Source: Spongospora subterranea f. sp. subterranea (taxonomy: Eukaryota). Taken from it: a DNA stretch of 64,000 nt. Shown here piece after piece: positions 33,667 to 48,306 of the stretch. The first letter of the stretch is position 1. Every line of letters starts with the position of its first letter. The stretch covers positions 1 through 64,000 of the forward strand of contig JAUGWO010000112.1 of assembly GCA_049724395.1 (NCBI GenBank), read 5' to 3'. A program made the position numbers and the translations under genes. The notes under the pieces were generated by a model. It saw only the letters and a program-made list of their open reading frames with translations, was not told where the DNA came from and made no database searches.

Positions 33667-36600
33667 GTGGCGGGTGCAGGCAGTGGGGTTTTGCCCCACA
33701 ACGAATGGTCGACAGCCATTTCCGCAGGAGAATCAGCCTGTGGGGCGCTATTCAGACGTGAGCCACAATTCCGTCCTGAACCACGAGCATTTCTCAACTA
33801 TATCAAGACAAAAAAGATCAGCATCAGCAAGTTGTTTGGCGTAATTGATTCAGTTCTATATAGTGGAGAAGATAAATCAGAAGTTCTAGGACGGTAATTG
33901 CCGTCAATGCCATTTGATTTTGCACCTGATGGTATGTCCTGTGTAGGATCACAAAATTGTGTGGTTTTACAACCCCGTGTTGTTCCCCATTCAATGAAAA
34001 TACTATAGTTTATGTGTGCCGCAATTGCCAGACAGATTCTACATGTGCTGTCTGTTTCGACTGCTTTGACAGCAGACAGCATGAAGGGCATGATTACGCA
34101 ATCACAACAGTTGGAGCTGGGTGCTGTGATTGTGGTGATCCAAATGGCTGGAAGACTCCCTGTGTCAGACACCGTCCATCACAACCGTACTGCAAATCTG
34201 CTCTTCATGTCGCAATGTGTTATTTTAAACCCATGATTGCGCTTAGTTTAATTGAAATTGACGATCCCGCTGTAGCACCGTTCTTCCATCAGCTAAATAT
34301 TGTCGCCTCATTCATTATATCATATTCTTTTTCGTCAATCGACTGTTTAAACTCTTCGAGTTTGCCGTCATCGCGAAAGGCTTCACGCTTAGCTAAGGCA
34401 ACAGTCGAATGGATTTTGAATCTATGCAAGCTTGGTTGTCACGCCTTTGTTGATGCTAAAGCGACAATTATTAACCAATTCTGCTTGCAGGTCCATTTTT
34501 CATGAAACCTTTTGCACAAGAACTGATGGCATCGAACCCTGATCATGGAACCCACCTTTCTCGACTTTTGTCTTTATTCAAAGATGATCAAAATCAGTCT
34601 TCAGAACTTTTTGCTGAACTGTTGATTACTCTAAGCTCCGATCAACCGTAATGAGAACAATTTTTGCGAGTTTCCGTATTCACGTTCTTATATTCAGATT
34701 TCGTACCGTTCTTTTACAAGCGTTGGCACCGATGTACATGGATCTCCGCAAAAAGAAATCTTCCTTGCTGGATATGGTTACTGTTCAGGTATAATTATTC
34801 GTTCAGATTACGTATATCGCTCTTTTGACCTGACTCATGTCGCAGATTTTTAGTTCCATGTCCGCAATCGGCGATTTGATATCAAGCGAATACGTCTTGC
34901 TTTTACTAAATTATATCTGCAAGATGCTAGAGAATAATTCGACAAATATTGGAAGCCCTCATGGCGCTACTGTCGATGTTGCATTCCATGACGTTTCGTG
35001 TTTTGAAGTTGCTGTTGATGTCAAGTATATGCTGAAGCATGAGTATACGTTTCTTTCTTTTGCGAAGCCGCAGATTATTTACTCTCTTTAGAGCGGTTTC
35101 TTATTCCGTGCTGTCATCGTTGCCAACACTTGATGCTTTGATATCGTTATTATGCATGCTACAAGGAATGGCACCTTGTCAAAAGAAAATTGGTAGTTTC
35201 TTCGCATCTCTACCTACTCAATTTAATTAATTATTTGCCGCTTAGGCGATCATGTTGAGTTCGATAACGAAGATTGGATGTATGCTTTCGAATTAGAGTC
35301 CGAAATCGGTGAAATCGTGGAATCCCTGAATATTGGTCTGTCACGGATGTCTCTGCGAGTTTCAGATTTGGCTAACCCTTCTGTCGTATGAAGCATTCGT
35401 TAATGCAATATCTAATTCGACGCAAGGTGTCTCGTGCATGGTTTTGCTTCAAAAGTTGGCTATCGCATTATGCTCTGATTTCCAATGGTCAAACTCGCGG
35501 CCAGATGCGTCATTTCACCTACCCTTGCATCGGGCTTTCGCCACATTTTTCATTTCTTTACAGAAACAAAACCAAGTATGTCACTGCTTTTATTGATGGG
35601 CATTACTGATTCATTTTCGTAGGGGGTTGACACACTGTCTCTTCTCTCTTCGGTTGTTCCTAACAACAATGTAGATTTCTTCATCACCAGTATTTGGCGG
35701 GCTCCTTTGCGAATTCAAACGATGCTTGCTGAGATGAATGCTGGTCTCTGGAAAAAAAATGGCGACCTTGCTGAACAAGCAGATTCTATTTATAGGTAAA
35801 CTGCTAAATGCTATTTGAAATGGAAATTCACTGATTGCTGTTTAGAGGTTCTTCCCTCAGTACCACGGCTCTGTTCCCAGACCTTTTCTGCATTCAGTTA
35901 GGGGCTCTGCATTCTCAGAATCAGGATGGATGCCTCGCAGAGATTATCTCCTCTCACAACGTCAATGTCTTTGACGACTCGCATTATGATAATAGAGTAT
36001 GCGAGGAGCTCTTTCGATTGATAGTTTCGATCATCTGTGATCGCACTGCTTATCAATGTGAAGAGACTACAATGAGAAAGGAAATTATTGCCCAGCTGCT
36101 AGCGTCTGAGGTTGGTCCTGTAATTGCAGAATCTTTATAATGTTGTCAATTGCATGTTATAGTCGGGGTTCATGCACTCTGAGTTAACGGATCGCCTTCC
36201 GCGTCGCTTTGCTGAGTCAGCCAATCTTCCATCCATTTTGAAGGAAGTTAGTGTTTGGAATGCTCCTCGCGGTGTAAACAGTGGGCGGTACACTTTGAAG
36301 CGGGAACTTTATTCAATGTTTAATCCTTTTTTCTTTCGTCTCTCCCAAGTAAGTTCAATGCTTGACATTTATGGAATTCGACCAAATGTGAGTTTATAGA
36401 GCGATATTGCCATTTCTGAATCGCGGTTTCTCTCTGCGTGTCAAGTAACTCTCCCTGATGCATCCTGCTGTATAGCACTACCAGATCCGTTGCCTCATCT
36501 GGACTCCATAATCAAATCTCCAACCATTCTAGGTCTAATATTGAAAGTTTTACATCGAACCGTCGATGAAAACAGCCAGCCACGCTCGGACAGGTTGATC

Positions 36601-39600
36601 CGTTCGGTCGTTTATCTGCTTTCTCTTTGCGGTAATTGCTCGTCTCTTCTAGTTTGAGCTTTGTTTACGTATCTGCGCAGCCAATCAATCGTCTTTATCG
36701 GATCACGGTTTACCTCAAAGAAAGAGAATCAAAACTACGACGAACTCGGATCATCTTTGGCTAAGTAATCCGGACATTTTTCGCCAATTGTTGCGATTGA
36801 GAGAATCCCCTGAATTTCTGTCCAACTCGGAAAACAAACACGCGTTGGCGCGACTTGCTGATCTAATCCGGTAAATTTTTCTGTTACTAGACATGATGAT
36901 ACTGCGCTCTAAATTAAGCTTCGTTCAGGCGTTGGTGCCCCGACGCAGAACAGCTGTCTAGGGGGCTCTGGTCAACTGATGAGCAGCGCAAAATTCGGCG
37001 AGAAACAGCCCGGGCTCGACAGTCAGCTGTTCTTGAGGAATTTTCTAAAAAGCGACACGAATTTCAATCTGAAAAGCCCCCTGTGACCGTTTTGTCAGAG
37101 GCGGGCTCAGCTTCATGCAGCGATGCTCCAACCTGCATGCTTTGTTGTGAGAAGATATCCTCGCGGAAATCTATCGGAATGATTTCTTTTGTGACTCTAT
37201 CTCAAGTTGCACAAATCGCTCATCGTCGTCTCATTACTCCCAGCTCGGCACGTACTGACAAATTGGGCACCTTGAATTGTGCTAGCTCTCATTCCTTTTT
37301 AGGTCAGCCGTCTCAAAATCCCTTGTCTGGTCAATTGAGGCGGCCGGAGACGGTCGTGCTGGGATCGCCTTTTGGCCCAGGGGCGGGTCTGATCGCCCTG
37401 TTGCTCTTGCACAGGCTTTGAGAGATTTACCGACAATCAATGCCCGCAGATCTCCTCCGAGGTTTATGCGCAGAAGAGGCTTGAATCGAGAACGGTTTAT
37501 GGATATGACGTTTGATGATGATACCGCTCTTATCCCTGAAAATACCGCTGCTGAATCTGCCCTTTTAAGGCAACTTTTGTCAACGCTTTTGCCACAAAAC
37601 CGAATTCTACCTAATATGGAAGGTATTTGTATTGTTTTTCACAAATTTTGTTTTTGAAATTTGTTCAGATGAACTTGGAGATCTTCTCGTTTCGGTATTC
37701 AGGAGTTGGTCGTCAGGCTCCCGTCCTAATGACTCTTCGTCAAGTATTCCGATCAATTTTGACTGGAGATCAAATACTGATAGTTTGTTCACTCAAAGCT
37801 GTGGCCATCTCGTGTGCCGCTCCTGCCTAGGTACAGTTAGCCATGTATCCTTTCATCATATCTTGATGTTGCGTTTCAGCAAGTTTCTTGGCTTCACAAC
37901 CACCTAATTTCCATTCCTTCAAATCATCGGTTTTCCACTGTCCTGTATGTCGTCGTCTGTCAAACGTGCTTATTCCTCTCGCACGTGTATCCAAGGTCGA
38001 TGTTCCTTGACCGATGTTTGCTTTTCTGATTTTAAATTTACAGTGTCAAGGTCCAGCTCAGTCTGAGGAGGTTCTTAGTCTTTCAGATTGGCTTACAAAA
38101 TGCTCAGAATCTGAGCATATTATACGCTGCTCTGTCAATGGTGGTACGTGAACAATTCAAACATGGTATTTCCATCCTCAGTCGGCTGGTTTCCAGGAAA
38201 TCATGTCGAATATAATGTCGCCAAGCAGTTGGTGTCGTCTATATTCCGAGCATGCTGCATCAAATCTCCCATTTCGTCTGTGCCCACCAGTGCTGTCATA
38301 TGTTTTCTTCTTGGCAGCTGCATTGAAACCATTGATGTGTCTCTACACTGCGACCCCAAGGTATGTGCTGTATGGGTTTGCTGCTAGCCGTTTCAAATTC
38401 GGTGCAGGAAAGGATATCTCGACCAGCTGCTGATATGTGCCGTCTTCTGTTTTACTGGATACGTGTATGCCTTCATTGTGAATCCCCGTCCCCATGCGGC
38501 AAGATCGTCTCGCCGGCCGTTTTTGCCATCAGCGTCAACGTGCTTTCATGATCGAGCATGGAAAAGTGTCTTCCATCCGTCTGAAACGTCTCTTCTCAAG
38601 AGCAATGTGTTTGGTGTGGTTCTCCAACTATTACCATGTTTTGCTTCATGCGGTGTTACTGCAAAGCATGTTTTTGATATTGCGCAGCTTGCTCAGGTTC
38701 TCCAGGTACTAACCACGAGTATTTTTCCGCTAACGTTGATGAACGTTTTTCAGGCCATATGCATATCATTTCATCAAAATAGAACTAGTACGCTCGTCAT
38801 GTCGTCTTCTACGTTATTTAATCTTTCGGTGGTTAATTCGCTTGAAGAACTTGTTGTCTTTGTATTTGCAGCAATAACGGATCGGCCGATTGACTTTAAA
38901 CCTTCGTCACACGTCGATGATAGCGTCAGGTTCGTGTTCAGGCTCTGTTGCTTCTTGAAACTTCTGATATCGCTTTGGCAGAAAATGCGCTGCTGTCAAT
39001 TCTGATGTTATTGAATCACATGCAAGTCGCGTTCATCAACTTTTGCATGCCGTTCGCCAGGAAGGGTCGTCTTCTATTGGGTGTCGCAGAATTTGATACT
39101 TCTTTTGTATTTTTGGGAGCTGATTGCCTTCAAGCTAATGTTTGTCGATTGTTGAAATGCCCTCAAGTATTTTCCGTTTTTTCGTAGTTTTTGGTTCTCA
39201 AAGTCTAATATAGGTTAAACATGTACTATTTGGTTGGATTACATCGTATGTTAAATTGAAGACGAGTGGTTGCGGTACAAGGCCCATGACGCGTTCACAG
39301 GCGTCTACGTCATCGGTATGATGTTGCTGTGATTTCTTCTTTTTTGCTTATATTCGCGCAGTCTAGCGCTCGTTCCGTTTCTCCTGTGTCTATCGCCGGT
39401 TGGGATACCACCGCATTAATTCTTGATCGCCCTTTCGCTCTTGCTGCTCTTCCTGACCGATTCGACGAACTACTGCATCAGTGCCGAAATAAACGGTAGT
39501 TGTCGGGTTTGCTTTTTTGTTAGCATTTTTATTCAAATACTGGTGTAGTTGTGATAGTTGCGAGGCTCCACATTCTGAGCAGTTTTGTATTTGCTTGTTG

Positions 39601-40050
39601 TGTGGCGCCGCTGTTTGCTGGGGGAATTCGCAAGACTGCAGGTATATTAATATGCTCTGTTTACTCATGAAGATCAAACAGTTGTTTAGTTTTCACCACA
39701 CTCTGAGTCATTGCGATGGTACTAGCGCTATGTTTCTTCTGCTCCGAGATTGTGTTGTCGCTCTGGTTCACGACAGATCCATCGCAATTTGGGGGTCTCT
39801 GTACCTTGATTCGCATGGAGAGGTTTTTACAGTGGCTTGTGAGTGGTTCTGTTCATGGTTTCATTTATTTTTTGCAGGAAGATCGCGATTTAAACCGTGG
39901 TTTACCGTTGCACTTAAATCTGGGAAGACTGCAGGATCTGACTAAGCTCTACACGTCGGTGTGCATTGCCGATTTCATAGCGCAGAACCATCGCGATAAT
40001 GCTGGTGGTGCTGCACCTGCAATGGCGTTTCATCCTTTGCAGTGGAACTG
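33667..40050 (+). CDS. UBR1: UBR1/PRT6-like N-recognin E3 ubiquitin ligase, multi-exon; start uncertain
   Basis: UBR box CRNCQTDSTCAVCFDCF..HEGHDY..GCCDCGD; SFHLPLHR; split RING CMLC..SCGHLVC..FHCPVCRRLSN; C-terminal LYLDSHGEEDRDL. Confidence 0.88.
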
Positions 40051-40167
40051 AGCTAATTGCAATTGTAAAGGATACTGGTCTATATCTATTGAACGGCACA
40101 TATATTATAAACATATATCACTCATTTATGTAAACCCTGAATGGCCATCTATGGTATCCGATACCTA

Positions 40168-40530
40168 TTAATGGGCAGAGGTTGCATTAGTGGCATTGGC
40201 AGGCGGCGAATGGCCCGGCTTGCTAGTGGTCGGTCCTTGTACCGGGACCATGGCCGCCGGCCCCTTGGCCTCCCCAGGCAGCTCCTCCTTGTTCGGCAGC
40301 ACAACGATGGGTCTTCGGTACGGTCGGTACGAGTACCAATAGTCAGGGTACCTGTCCCAATACCGCACTCGATGGCGATATGATGGTCGCCACCCTCCAT
40401 GATAATGACCCCATCCATGCCCGTATCCTCTTCTCAGCGCCTCAAACTTCTTGCCATGTTGGCTGGCGCCGGTGCATGATATCAGCGCCACAAGAGCAGC
40501 TATCAATAACGCGAACCACACCAGCTTCAT
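40168..40530 (-). CDS. Small secreted protein, 120 aa, G/H/W/Y/R-rich then Pro-rich
   Basis: Signal-peptide-like MKLVWFALLIAALVALISCTGA; single exon. Confidence 0.75.
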   Translation of the reverse strand: MKLVWFALLIAALVALISCTGASQHGKKFEALRRGYGHGWGHYHGGWRPSYRHRVRYWDRYPDYWYSYRPYRRPIVVLPNKEELPGEAKGPAAMVPVQGPTTSKPGHSPPANATNATSAH

Positions 40531-41699
40531 CTTGATTATGATTCCGTTTGAATCGGCCACGGTAGCGCTATCTTTCGGAATCGGACGAATCGGGCGCAAT
40601 TACATATTATTGGACAGCCGTAAAATGTCTATAGTCTACCTACAGTAATAATCCCAATGCCAGTCGACGATGAATAGTCATCTTTTTTCAACGCTGCTGT
40701 TCGAACGTATCCTAAAATGCGAAATTGTTAAGGTGTTATCGCCAAGGGTATGTTCAGAGTAGCAGCCGATCGATTACTGAACAAAAATCCCAATTCTTGA
40801 CTTTTTGTCATCTTACAATCGTCCTGAGAATGGAGATGTACATCTCTTCGATCTGCTGTGTAAATCAGACAACCTCCTACCCAATAAGGTATAGACGGTT
40901 CATGAAATTCCTGCTTTAAATCACCGATTCAGTATTCGTTATGTCAAACCAGTAGGCAGGGAGTTGCTCAGGTTGGAACTTTCCAGCTATGATCATAATG
41001 TTGACCCCGAAGCTTTCAGGTTCGTTGAGTTACGTTTGTGATACGGTCTGAACTGGGGAAACGTTCTGCCATTCGTCCCACCAGCATAGAGGAGACCAAT
41101 TGCTTATTTTGTGAACAATGCACGACAATTTCACATGATTTTTTTTTGGTGTTTATGCCACCGAACCTCATTCATACATTAAATTTGATTAAACACAAAT
41201 CGCTATAGAACGGTTCATCAAACCGGTAGTTCATTGTGCCTACAGTATCTAGACTAAACGGTGAGATCTCAGTAAGAACTATGCCTCGTTGTAGCAATAG
41301 AAGCCTTCAATCGATACTCCCGTCTTTAACATTGCAATACGGTTTGGTTGCTCGAATGAAGGAAATTGATTTCGATATGGTTGCGCCAGGGGACACTGCA
41401 GTTGCTGGACCCCGGGACGGGCCTCCCAACGTGTCCTGGCCGAGCAGTTCCGGCCCAGGTTGGCCGTCGGGGCCACTCCTCGAACAGGCTGGATCTTATC
41501 GCATATGCCGGATATTGCCAGCTGTTCATATCATCTACCTGATAATACTATCCCACAAAATTCCTGTTGAGTCTTGAGCTCCTATTGCTTATTTCACTGG
41601 GTCTCTTCATCAAAAATTGCTTATCCAAACTAGCTACTTCCAAGCTTCGCTGAAGACATTTCATATTATCATCATCTAGTTCACGCGCCCAAATAGACC

Positions 41700-43863
41700 A
41701 TGTCGAAACGACCGAAGTTGCCACTTACGGAAGATAACGATGTCTTGAACCAAAGGCCCTTGAAGTTACTGGGAAATAATAGTTTACAGCGTATTGGGTC
41801 ATTAGAGATGCCTTTGAGGCAATCACTTTTCGCTCAATGTGCTGTTTCAAAACCCACTTCTCATCATCATCCACCAAAGAAGCAAACGCTGTCTGAGAAG
41901 CTGGCCAGGGCTGCTAATAGCCAGACCCGTAATAGCCAGAATATTAGCCAGAATCGCGGTATCTCCAGATTTGTGCACAATTAGCACATGCACTCGATTT
42001 ACAATGGTATTTCAGGCGATAGTTCTCAATGCTCTGATGATTATATGACGCCGTCTGATCAACCAGTTGTCCATAGAACACATCAACAATTACAAGACGA
42101 GGCACAATACATTACATCTGCCCTGAAGACAAACAGTATTGATTTGCCACTCAGGTTGCATTTCAACGGATTTCCACATTGTCACGAGTTCATCCTGATC
42201 GGAAGACCGCATTCGATTCCTTCTCGACAATAGTTCAAGAATTACCAGGAAGTAATATTCCAGTCGTCAGTTCAATATTGATGTAATCACTCTTTATCCG
42301 TATTTCTAGTGCTCTCATCGTCGATTCCGCACAACCCATTCTTCTCTGATGAATCATCGTATCGCATATGCCCGAACCGCCAACCGAAACATATTTCTGC
42401 AACACGGCTGATGAAAGAATTTGATTGCGTCGAGGGAATTGGGAAAGGTGCGACATTTGGTTCAACTTGTGATGAAAGATTATCATCATGGCAACCATAT
42501 TCAGGATCGTTTGGCGATGTATACCGCGCTCGACTCATTGTCGATGGCACGATTTACGCTGTCAAGCGATTGAAACAGGTATTTTTTAATCATTAAATAA
42601 GTCGCGCTTTCTGGATGATGAAGTATGAATTCAGGCCCTTCATCGTGTATCCGGTAGCAACGCATTATCAACGCAGCTCAGAGAAATACATTGGTAAATC
42701 ATGGCTGAATATGATCATTGCCCACTTTCCAACGTCTGATCATGGTTATCTAGCTTATCATATCTTTCCAGCCAGGCACCAGAATGTGTCAATATTCTGA
42801 GGTATTACACATTGTTATCATGATCGGCGCAGTAATGTTAGATAATCGCCCTGATTATTGTTCAGGTATTTCTCATCATGGATCGACCCTTCAGACCATT
42901 CCGTATAGTAAGGGGTTGCCCTTGCGCCTCATGTACTGGGAAAGTTAACGATCGCTTCGTGTAGCATCCAGACCGAGTATTGCTCCAGAGGAAATCTTTC
43001 TAGCAGATATGTTAGCGATGGAAGCAATACGACAGTTTTACCAATACTGTTTCAAGACGATATCATTGATATTGCACGACAAGTATTATATAGGATATTC
43101 ACCTTATTCTGTGTTTCAATGATTTGCTGCTCAGTTGTGTTCTGGATTGCATGCTATGCATAGCCGCGGTATTGTTCATTTAGATATCAAACCAGAGAAT
43201 ATACTAGAAAACTGTCGAGGAGTATATAAGTTGAGCGATTTTGGTTTATGCGCCCAGATGAGTCAATGTAAGGCTGATAATGTTCAACTGATTACTCTGG
43301 CATGCGGCTGAACCAAACAATCTACAGACGATGGCAGGTCGATTGCTGAAGGAGATGCACGATATCTATGCGATGAACTTCTAAATGACGACTATCGCCA
43401 TCTGGGTAACTTTATCGTAACTATCGACTGTTCCTGCCACCTAACCCCTGCCAGATCGCGTCGATATGTTTGCCTTGGGCGCGACCCTATTAGAGCTGTG
43501 TCGTGGTAAGCAATTGCCTTCTCAGGTCAGGAATAGTTCACCAGGATACAGCTTATTCTCCTTTCTGTTGCAATACAATGAATTCTGTCCATTTTAGGGT
43601 TTCGAATATCACCAGATCCGTCTAGGTCATATTGATATGCCGGATCGGTTTACTGCAGCATTTACACATCTAGTACGATCTCTGTTATCGGTACTATTTC
43701 AAATAGGGTCTATGAATATTCAGTGTTAACCTCGAACGTCTTTGACAGTCGGAGCCTGTCGCTCGCCCATCCGCATTGGAAGTTATGAAACTTTTGGCCC
43801 CCGCCGCAACGTCGTGACAGTCTAAGCCGTGAGCGATTGAATTCAAGGAGAATCGGACTGTGA
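41700..43863 (+). CDS. WEE1: Wee1/Myt1-like protein kinase, multi-exon
   Basis: IGKGSFGDVY, YAVKR, IQTEYC, VHLDIKPENI, DFG, EGDARY, DMFALG. Confidence 0.85.
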
Positions 43864-44275
43864 TTGCGAGCCGACAATGATGGTGATAACATGCCTATGC
43901 CCTCCGATCAGCATATCTATCGAACCCTCGATCATATCCATCTCTAAACCATTATATATTGTTTATCACTCTCGATTATGATTCGTGGGAGATACCATGG
44001 GATACTGCTGTAGGGTGCAGGAGTGATGTAGTAAATACTGTACGGCCTTCCCCTCTACCGGGCGCGGTTGAGACGTCTTTTTCCAAAGCGTCCAAATCGA
44101 ACGCACTGCGAGTGCTTCGAAAATATTCCAAGTACACAGGACATTTTATTTTTAAACGGTGGATGAGCAAAATCATAAATATATGATGTTAAGTGTTTAC
44201 TTCAATATTTTGCGTGTGTTGAAAGAATTCAAGTTCAAAATAAATGCTGACCCCTATTTGCTACATGGAATAAAA

Positions 44276-45368
44276 AGTGGACCAACTTAGTTATATACAC
44301 TCTTCATTAGTTACACGCGACGCGGCACAGTAGTACAGTAGACTCGATGGAGTGCCCTCCTTTAATTCAATATTTAGACGACCCGCGTTGTTAAATACAC
44401 TATTTTCCACAAACGAGCTCCACATGTCAATCGAATCCGAAGTGTTGGCGGTGAACAGCCATTTCTTATCGCCTAATTGTTCAACATGCACGCGAGTTCG
44501 CTCTTGCTAACGGGTTTGTGTTTGGGTGTAATTCGCACCCTGTTTCGCTGCTTAGCCTCCTTCATTTCTAGGTTCGTCGTCGCATGTAACTCGCATCCAT
44601 TTTCGGTGCTTAATCCCCATCCAATACAAGGAGCTGGATCCAAAATTTGGCAGCGCGCCAAAATCTATTGCAACTATAGGGATCAAGGATCACCGAAAGA
44701 GAAACGACTAAAATCCACTTGCAGTTGGTATGTCAATCTGACATTCGATCGAAAGGCAGGGGACTATGTCATCAATCACAGATGCATGGATCACAACCAC
44801 ATCATCAATAATGCGTTGATCACGTCAGTTGGAGGCTTACATCAAATTAATCTTTTATCGAACTTGAAAACGGAAGAGCGTGAGATGATTCACCTGCTAT
44901 CGCGATACAATTTGCCACTAAGCAAGGTTTCAAATATATATCCTCGCCAATACCCTTGGCGCCGCTGAATGCGGTGTTTTTAGATTCGAGAAATGCTGGA
45001 GGGTTCGAACCCTGGCCGGACATATTCAACGTCACTTTTATCGCGACAAGTTCGTAGCGGGAAGGAATTGCACTTTGGCAACGACCCGCACTGCATGACA
45101 AGGTTCATGGAGGCAGGATACGCTGTCCGAGAAAATGGTGGCTTGTTTTGCTACTCTATGGACATGTCGCAGCGCCTCTCGACAGAAATGGCTGTTCACC
45201 GCCAACACTTCGGATTCGATTGACATGTGGAGCTCGTTTGTGGAAAATAGTGTATTTAACAACGCGGGTCGCATCGAGTCTACTGTACTACTGTGCCGCG
45301 CCGCGTGTAACTAATGAAGAGTGTATATAACTAAGTTAGTCCACTGGGGCACTTTTTTTTGGGTGGAC
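44276..45368 (+). mobile_element. Mutator-like (MULE) deletion derivative with ~190-bp TIRs
   Basis: 44276-44466 is inverted at 45184-45345; internal YC..TCSWYV..MDHNH WRKY/FAR1-type finger remnant. Confidence 0.7.
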
Positions 45369-45804
45369 AAAAGACACTTCCGTGTACTGTTACACGGTGG
45401 AGATAGGGTCAGTACCCATGTTACAATAATGTACACCGCGTGGGGATATAGGTACCCTGTTACAATACAGTACACCACTACACCAGGTGGGGATATCCCC
45501 GCCATGCAAAACCCTTGTTTAGCGGTGACAGGCGGTGACTATGGTAAGTGCGCTCCCCGCACCAATTAAGACACGGTGCGTGGATCCCGTGCCCGTGACA
45601 CGTGGCTGTACTGTACTTGATCTATGTTACATCAGCTGTCGCATGGGTCCTGTCGGATTGTTTCAAACAGGTCATCCCACCTAAAGCAGTGCTGTGCATG
45701 TTACGCTCCTTCATTCGCAACATTTGATCGGTTCTCATTCTTCATGATCATCCTCTCTGATTCTCATTCCATATATCCCCCTTATCAATAGTCGTTTTAT
45801 ATAT

Positions 45805-47441
45805 ATGGGCTGCTGCTATTCCTCCACATCACTGCATGATGAACAAAGTGATCATGAGTTCAACGTTGAGAAAATATATTCCATAAATGAATGTATGGGG
45901 TTAAAATTATTGCTATTAGGAACTGGTGAATCAGGTAAAAGTACAGTAAGTGTTATTGTTTTTAACAATAATGTTTCCTGATATAATCTTACACGGTTTT
46001 CGTAGATACAGAAGCAATTACATTTGTTGTTTGGAGATTCTCGAGGCACATTCCCTTCATCCCTACGTGGTCAATACCATGGAATTGTTCGTCGTGATGC
46101 CGTCAAATCAGCACAGCTCCTTTTGCGGGCATGCTATCGTTTCGGCTGGCAATGGGACACCTATAATCAACATGACGCTGCACACTACTTGTTATCAGTT
46201 GACGTAATGGCCACCAATTTCTGGAACGACAAGGTCATCATTTGCATACAAAGTAACGTGTTTCCTTATTTGCATTTCACAGATTTTAGCGTCAATATCG
46301 TTATTATGGCGATCATCTTTGCTTAATGATTCGCTATTATGGCGCGCATTTGAACTACGATCTCTGTTTCAAATCTCGGACGCCGTACCATAGTAACTCA
46401 CTAGCAGCATTTTGTTTTGCTTTTGTCCAATTACTTTTTTGTAGCTTTTTTGATCGAATATCCGTCATTGGGTCTCCCCATTATATACCATCAAATGACG
46501 ACATTCTTCATGCCAGGCTACGTACAAGTGGTATTGTTGATAGCATCGTGCACATCCAACAAGTGCCAGTTAGGTAGTGCATTTATCTGTATATTCCCGT
46601 TTCTTACAATATGCTACTGTGTACAGATTACTTGACGTTGGAGGGCAACGAAATGAAAGGTAGGTGAAGCGCATCACCATGGACTTCGTGCGGCAGCATG
46701 TCAAATCTTGGTTTAGGCGAAAATGGATGCGATGTTTTTCAGGTATCCAGAACTGTATCAAATATTGATTCCATTATTGATTTTGATAAGGCTGCCATGC
46801 GCTGCTATATGTTGTCGCGATAAGCGAATTTGACCAGGTACTGCCGAAGGCTTTCCAACGAATGACCATTTATTTTTCTCTTCAAGGTTCTATATGAACA
46901 TAACACGAAGAACCGTTTGATTGAGTCTTTAGAAGTGTTTGCAGAGATTGTTCAGTCAGGCTATATTCAAAGTTCGTCCGCAATTAGTGCATAAGCTTCT
47001 GCTAAGCCGATTATCAGGTTGCCCGATTTTTTTATTCCTCAACAAAAAGGATTTGTTTTTGCAAAAGATTGGGCTTATTGACTTAAACGTCTGTTGGGAA
47101 GGTAGTATTGATGGCTTTGAAGCGGGACTTACGTGTAACAGTGATTACATCAGATTATTCGGGCGGCAAAGATGCTAGAGCTGCAATGAAGTTCATTGCC
47201 CATAAGTTCATAGATGCAGGTAGGATCATGCCATTAAACGTCATGGTCCTTTCAGAGTTTCATTTAAAACGTAGTCCCGAAAACATTGCTAAATCACCTT
47301 TTTATTCACTTTACTGTGGCAGCTGTCAAGGTAGGCTTTACCGACACTCATAATATCGGTAAAGTTTCTGTTTCCAGGCATGCTGTCGATGACACTTTTT
47401 TGTTTGTTCAGAACAAGTATGGAAAACGGCTTATCAATTAA
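45805..47441 (+). CDS. Heterotrimeric G protein alpha subunit, multi-exon
   Basis: MGCC, LLLLGTGESGKST, ARLRTSGI, DVGGQRNERRKW, LFLNKKDLF. Confidence 0.9.
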
Positions 47442-48226
47442 TATCGAAGCAACATTTTCAAATTTGAGAAATTGATTACAAGAAGGAGTTCAATATATAG
47501 TATATTTATTGATATCAACGGTTTAATGGCGCCAACGAAATATACTGCTCAAAGGGCAAACCTGTGTCAGAATAACAACACAGGCGCTTGAACAAAACTG
47601 ATGGCCTCAATAACGGATGGTTCCATTGGACCAGCAGTCAGTGCAGGGAAACCTGTTTACTGCTGCAGATGTTGCTGACTACAAATCGAATAGTTCATTC
47701 AAAAAGTGGAGCGTTTTTTTCTTGCAAAAACAGTTTTTTCAATATAGGCCTAAGCAACAAATCCGCCAACTATCGCAACGTATTTATTTACCACTTGCGA
47801 ACAGCAATCAGGTCCACTACAAGCTTCATAACACAAAATTCTATTATTCAGCTTCAACCAGGCATGCCACTGCTATGAAAGAGCAATGCACGGACGGAGC
47901 AAGTGTTGCTCGGAAAGCTTCGCAATTTTTTATTATCTTCACAATGAGGCTTTCGCACTGCAATCATTTGCGATGGCTTACGATTGGGCACACATCCTGG
48001 TTTCTCCACCAAACCACAGCAACGTTGAACCGTAAGCCCCGTCTCAATTTGTATGGAGTGTTTGATACTGTGAAATTCTATCTTCCAGAAGATCGATTTG
48101 AAAAAAATACGACCGGATCTTCTGATCTTTCAACTGTGATTGTTCTTCATAGAAAAATTAATCCTATAGATTAACTGCACAATGGGGGCACTGTGTGCGG
48201 AAGTGAATTTTGTCCACGCGTGGACA

Positions 48227-48306
48227 GTCCACCCAAAAAATAAGTGCCCCAGTGGACTAACTTTAGTTAAATTCACTGTGTTACACGCGGCGCGCAGCAC
48301 AGTAGT
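48227..48306 (+). mobile_element. Solo TIR fragment related to the MULE at 44276-45368
   Basis: GTCCACCCAAAAAATAAGTGCCCCAGTGGACTAAC is the near reverse complement of the 45331-45368 end. Confidence 0.7.

Noticed and set aside
41385..41490. GC-rich patch with small hairpins as a structured ncRNA
   Set aside because: No family motif recognised and a single copy; insufficient support.
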